DNA of 32,000 nt, from contig CP076101.2 in assembly GCA_015256915.3 (NCBI GenBank), positions 510,001 to 542,000 of the forward strand, in the 5' to 3' direction. Both the position numbers and the translations under genes were made by a program. The notes beneath the pieces are model-generated. The model ran no database searches and was not told the DNA's origin. It worked only from the letters and a program-made list of their open reading frames with translations. Shown one piece after another: positions 31,760 to 32,000 of the stretch. Position 1 is the first letter of the stretch; each line of letters starts with the position of its first letter. Origin of the DNA: Candidatus Saccharimonas sp. Its GTDB lineage: Bacteria; Patescibacteriota; Saccharimonadia; Saccharimonadales; Saccharimonadaceae.

Positions 31760-32000
31760 ATGAAAATTCAAGTAATCACTCTCTTCCCTGAAATGTTCGA
31801 ACCAGTTTTAAATAATGCAATGATGTGGAAGGCACAAAATCAAAATGTAGTTTCTTTTGAAATTATTAATTTACGTGATTTTGGTATTGGGATGCGCAAG
31901 CAAGTTGATGACATTCCCTATGGTGGAGGAGATGGAATGCTCTTAAAACCAGAACCTCTTTTCGAAGCAGTCGAGTTTGCAAAAAAAAATTCACCAAATG
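31760..32000 (+). CDS. trmD: tRNA (guanine37-N1)-methyltransferase, N-terminal 80 codons (runs off the window end)
   Basis: My translation is MKIQVITLFPEMFEPVLNNAMMWKAQNQNVVSFEIINLRDFGIGMRKQVDDIPYGGGDGMLLKPEPLFEAVEFAKKNSPN. ITLFPEMF and VDDxPYGGGxGM are TrmD signatures. Confidence 0.9.
   Translation, partial: MKIQVITLFPEMFEPVLNNAMMWKAQNQNVVSFEIINLRDFGIGMRKQVDDIPYGGGDGMLLKPEPLFEAVEFAKKNSPN

Noticed and set aside
1-32000. CRISPR arrays, IS elements, rRNA genes, and an oriC-like DnaA-box cluster
   Set aside because: No regularly spaced direct repeats and no terminal inverted repeats flanking a transposase are visible. Only isolated single-mismatch DnaA-box look-alikes occur, for example ttatccata near 15643, and they are not clustered.

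Overview
The window is AT-rich (mid-30s % GC by eye), tightly packed, and uses the standard genetic code. It looks like a reduced-genome bacterium, and a Patescibacteria/CPR (Saccharibacteria-like) origin is my inference only. Most genes are housekeeping: glyA, a murA homologue with an N-terminal HTH, rny, polA, an operon pheS / small ORF / pheT / FKBP isomerase / trxB, a MIP channel, rmuC, greA, a UPF0200-like P-loop kinase, argS, a P-type ATPase, a KhpA-like KH protein and the start of trmD. A partial GT39-type glycosyltransferase lies at the left edge. There are four tRNA genes, His(GUG), Gly(UCC), Arg(UCU) and Lys(CUU), with a decayed SAM-methyltransferase pseudogene between two of them. 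I saw no CRISPR array, IS element, integrase or rRNA. The signals most worth a second look are listed below.
1. The palindrome TTCGAA occurs about 85 times by manual count, against about 11 expected. It appears in all three frames and in intergenic DNA.
2. A translationally coupled pair encodes a polytopic membrane protein and a membrane-anchored two-ring Clp/Hsp100 ATPase. The ATPase lacks both aromatic pore loops and has a dead NBD1 Walker B.
3. An XRE-type HTH is fused to an apparently catalytically intact MurA.
4. A three-gene operon encodes exported proteins: a small anchored protein, an 827-aa Cys/Asn-rich secreted protein and a PilX_N-type pseudopilin-like protein.
5. In about 11 transcription units a TGnTATAAT element sits 6-11 nt from the ATG, which implies leaderless mRNAs.
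6. Smaller oddities include a TM mini-ORF inside pheST, a structured 200-nt spacer where rimM normally sits, unusual tRNA discriminator bases and an M4 'PKG' motif in the P-type ATPase.
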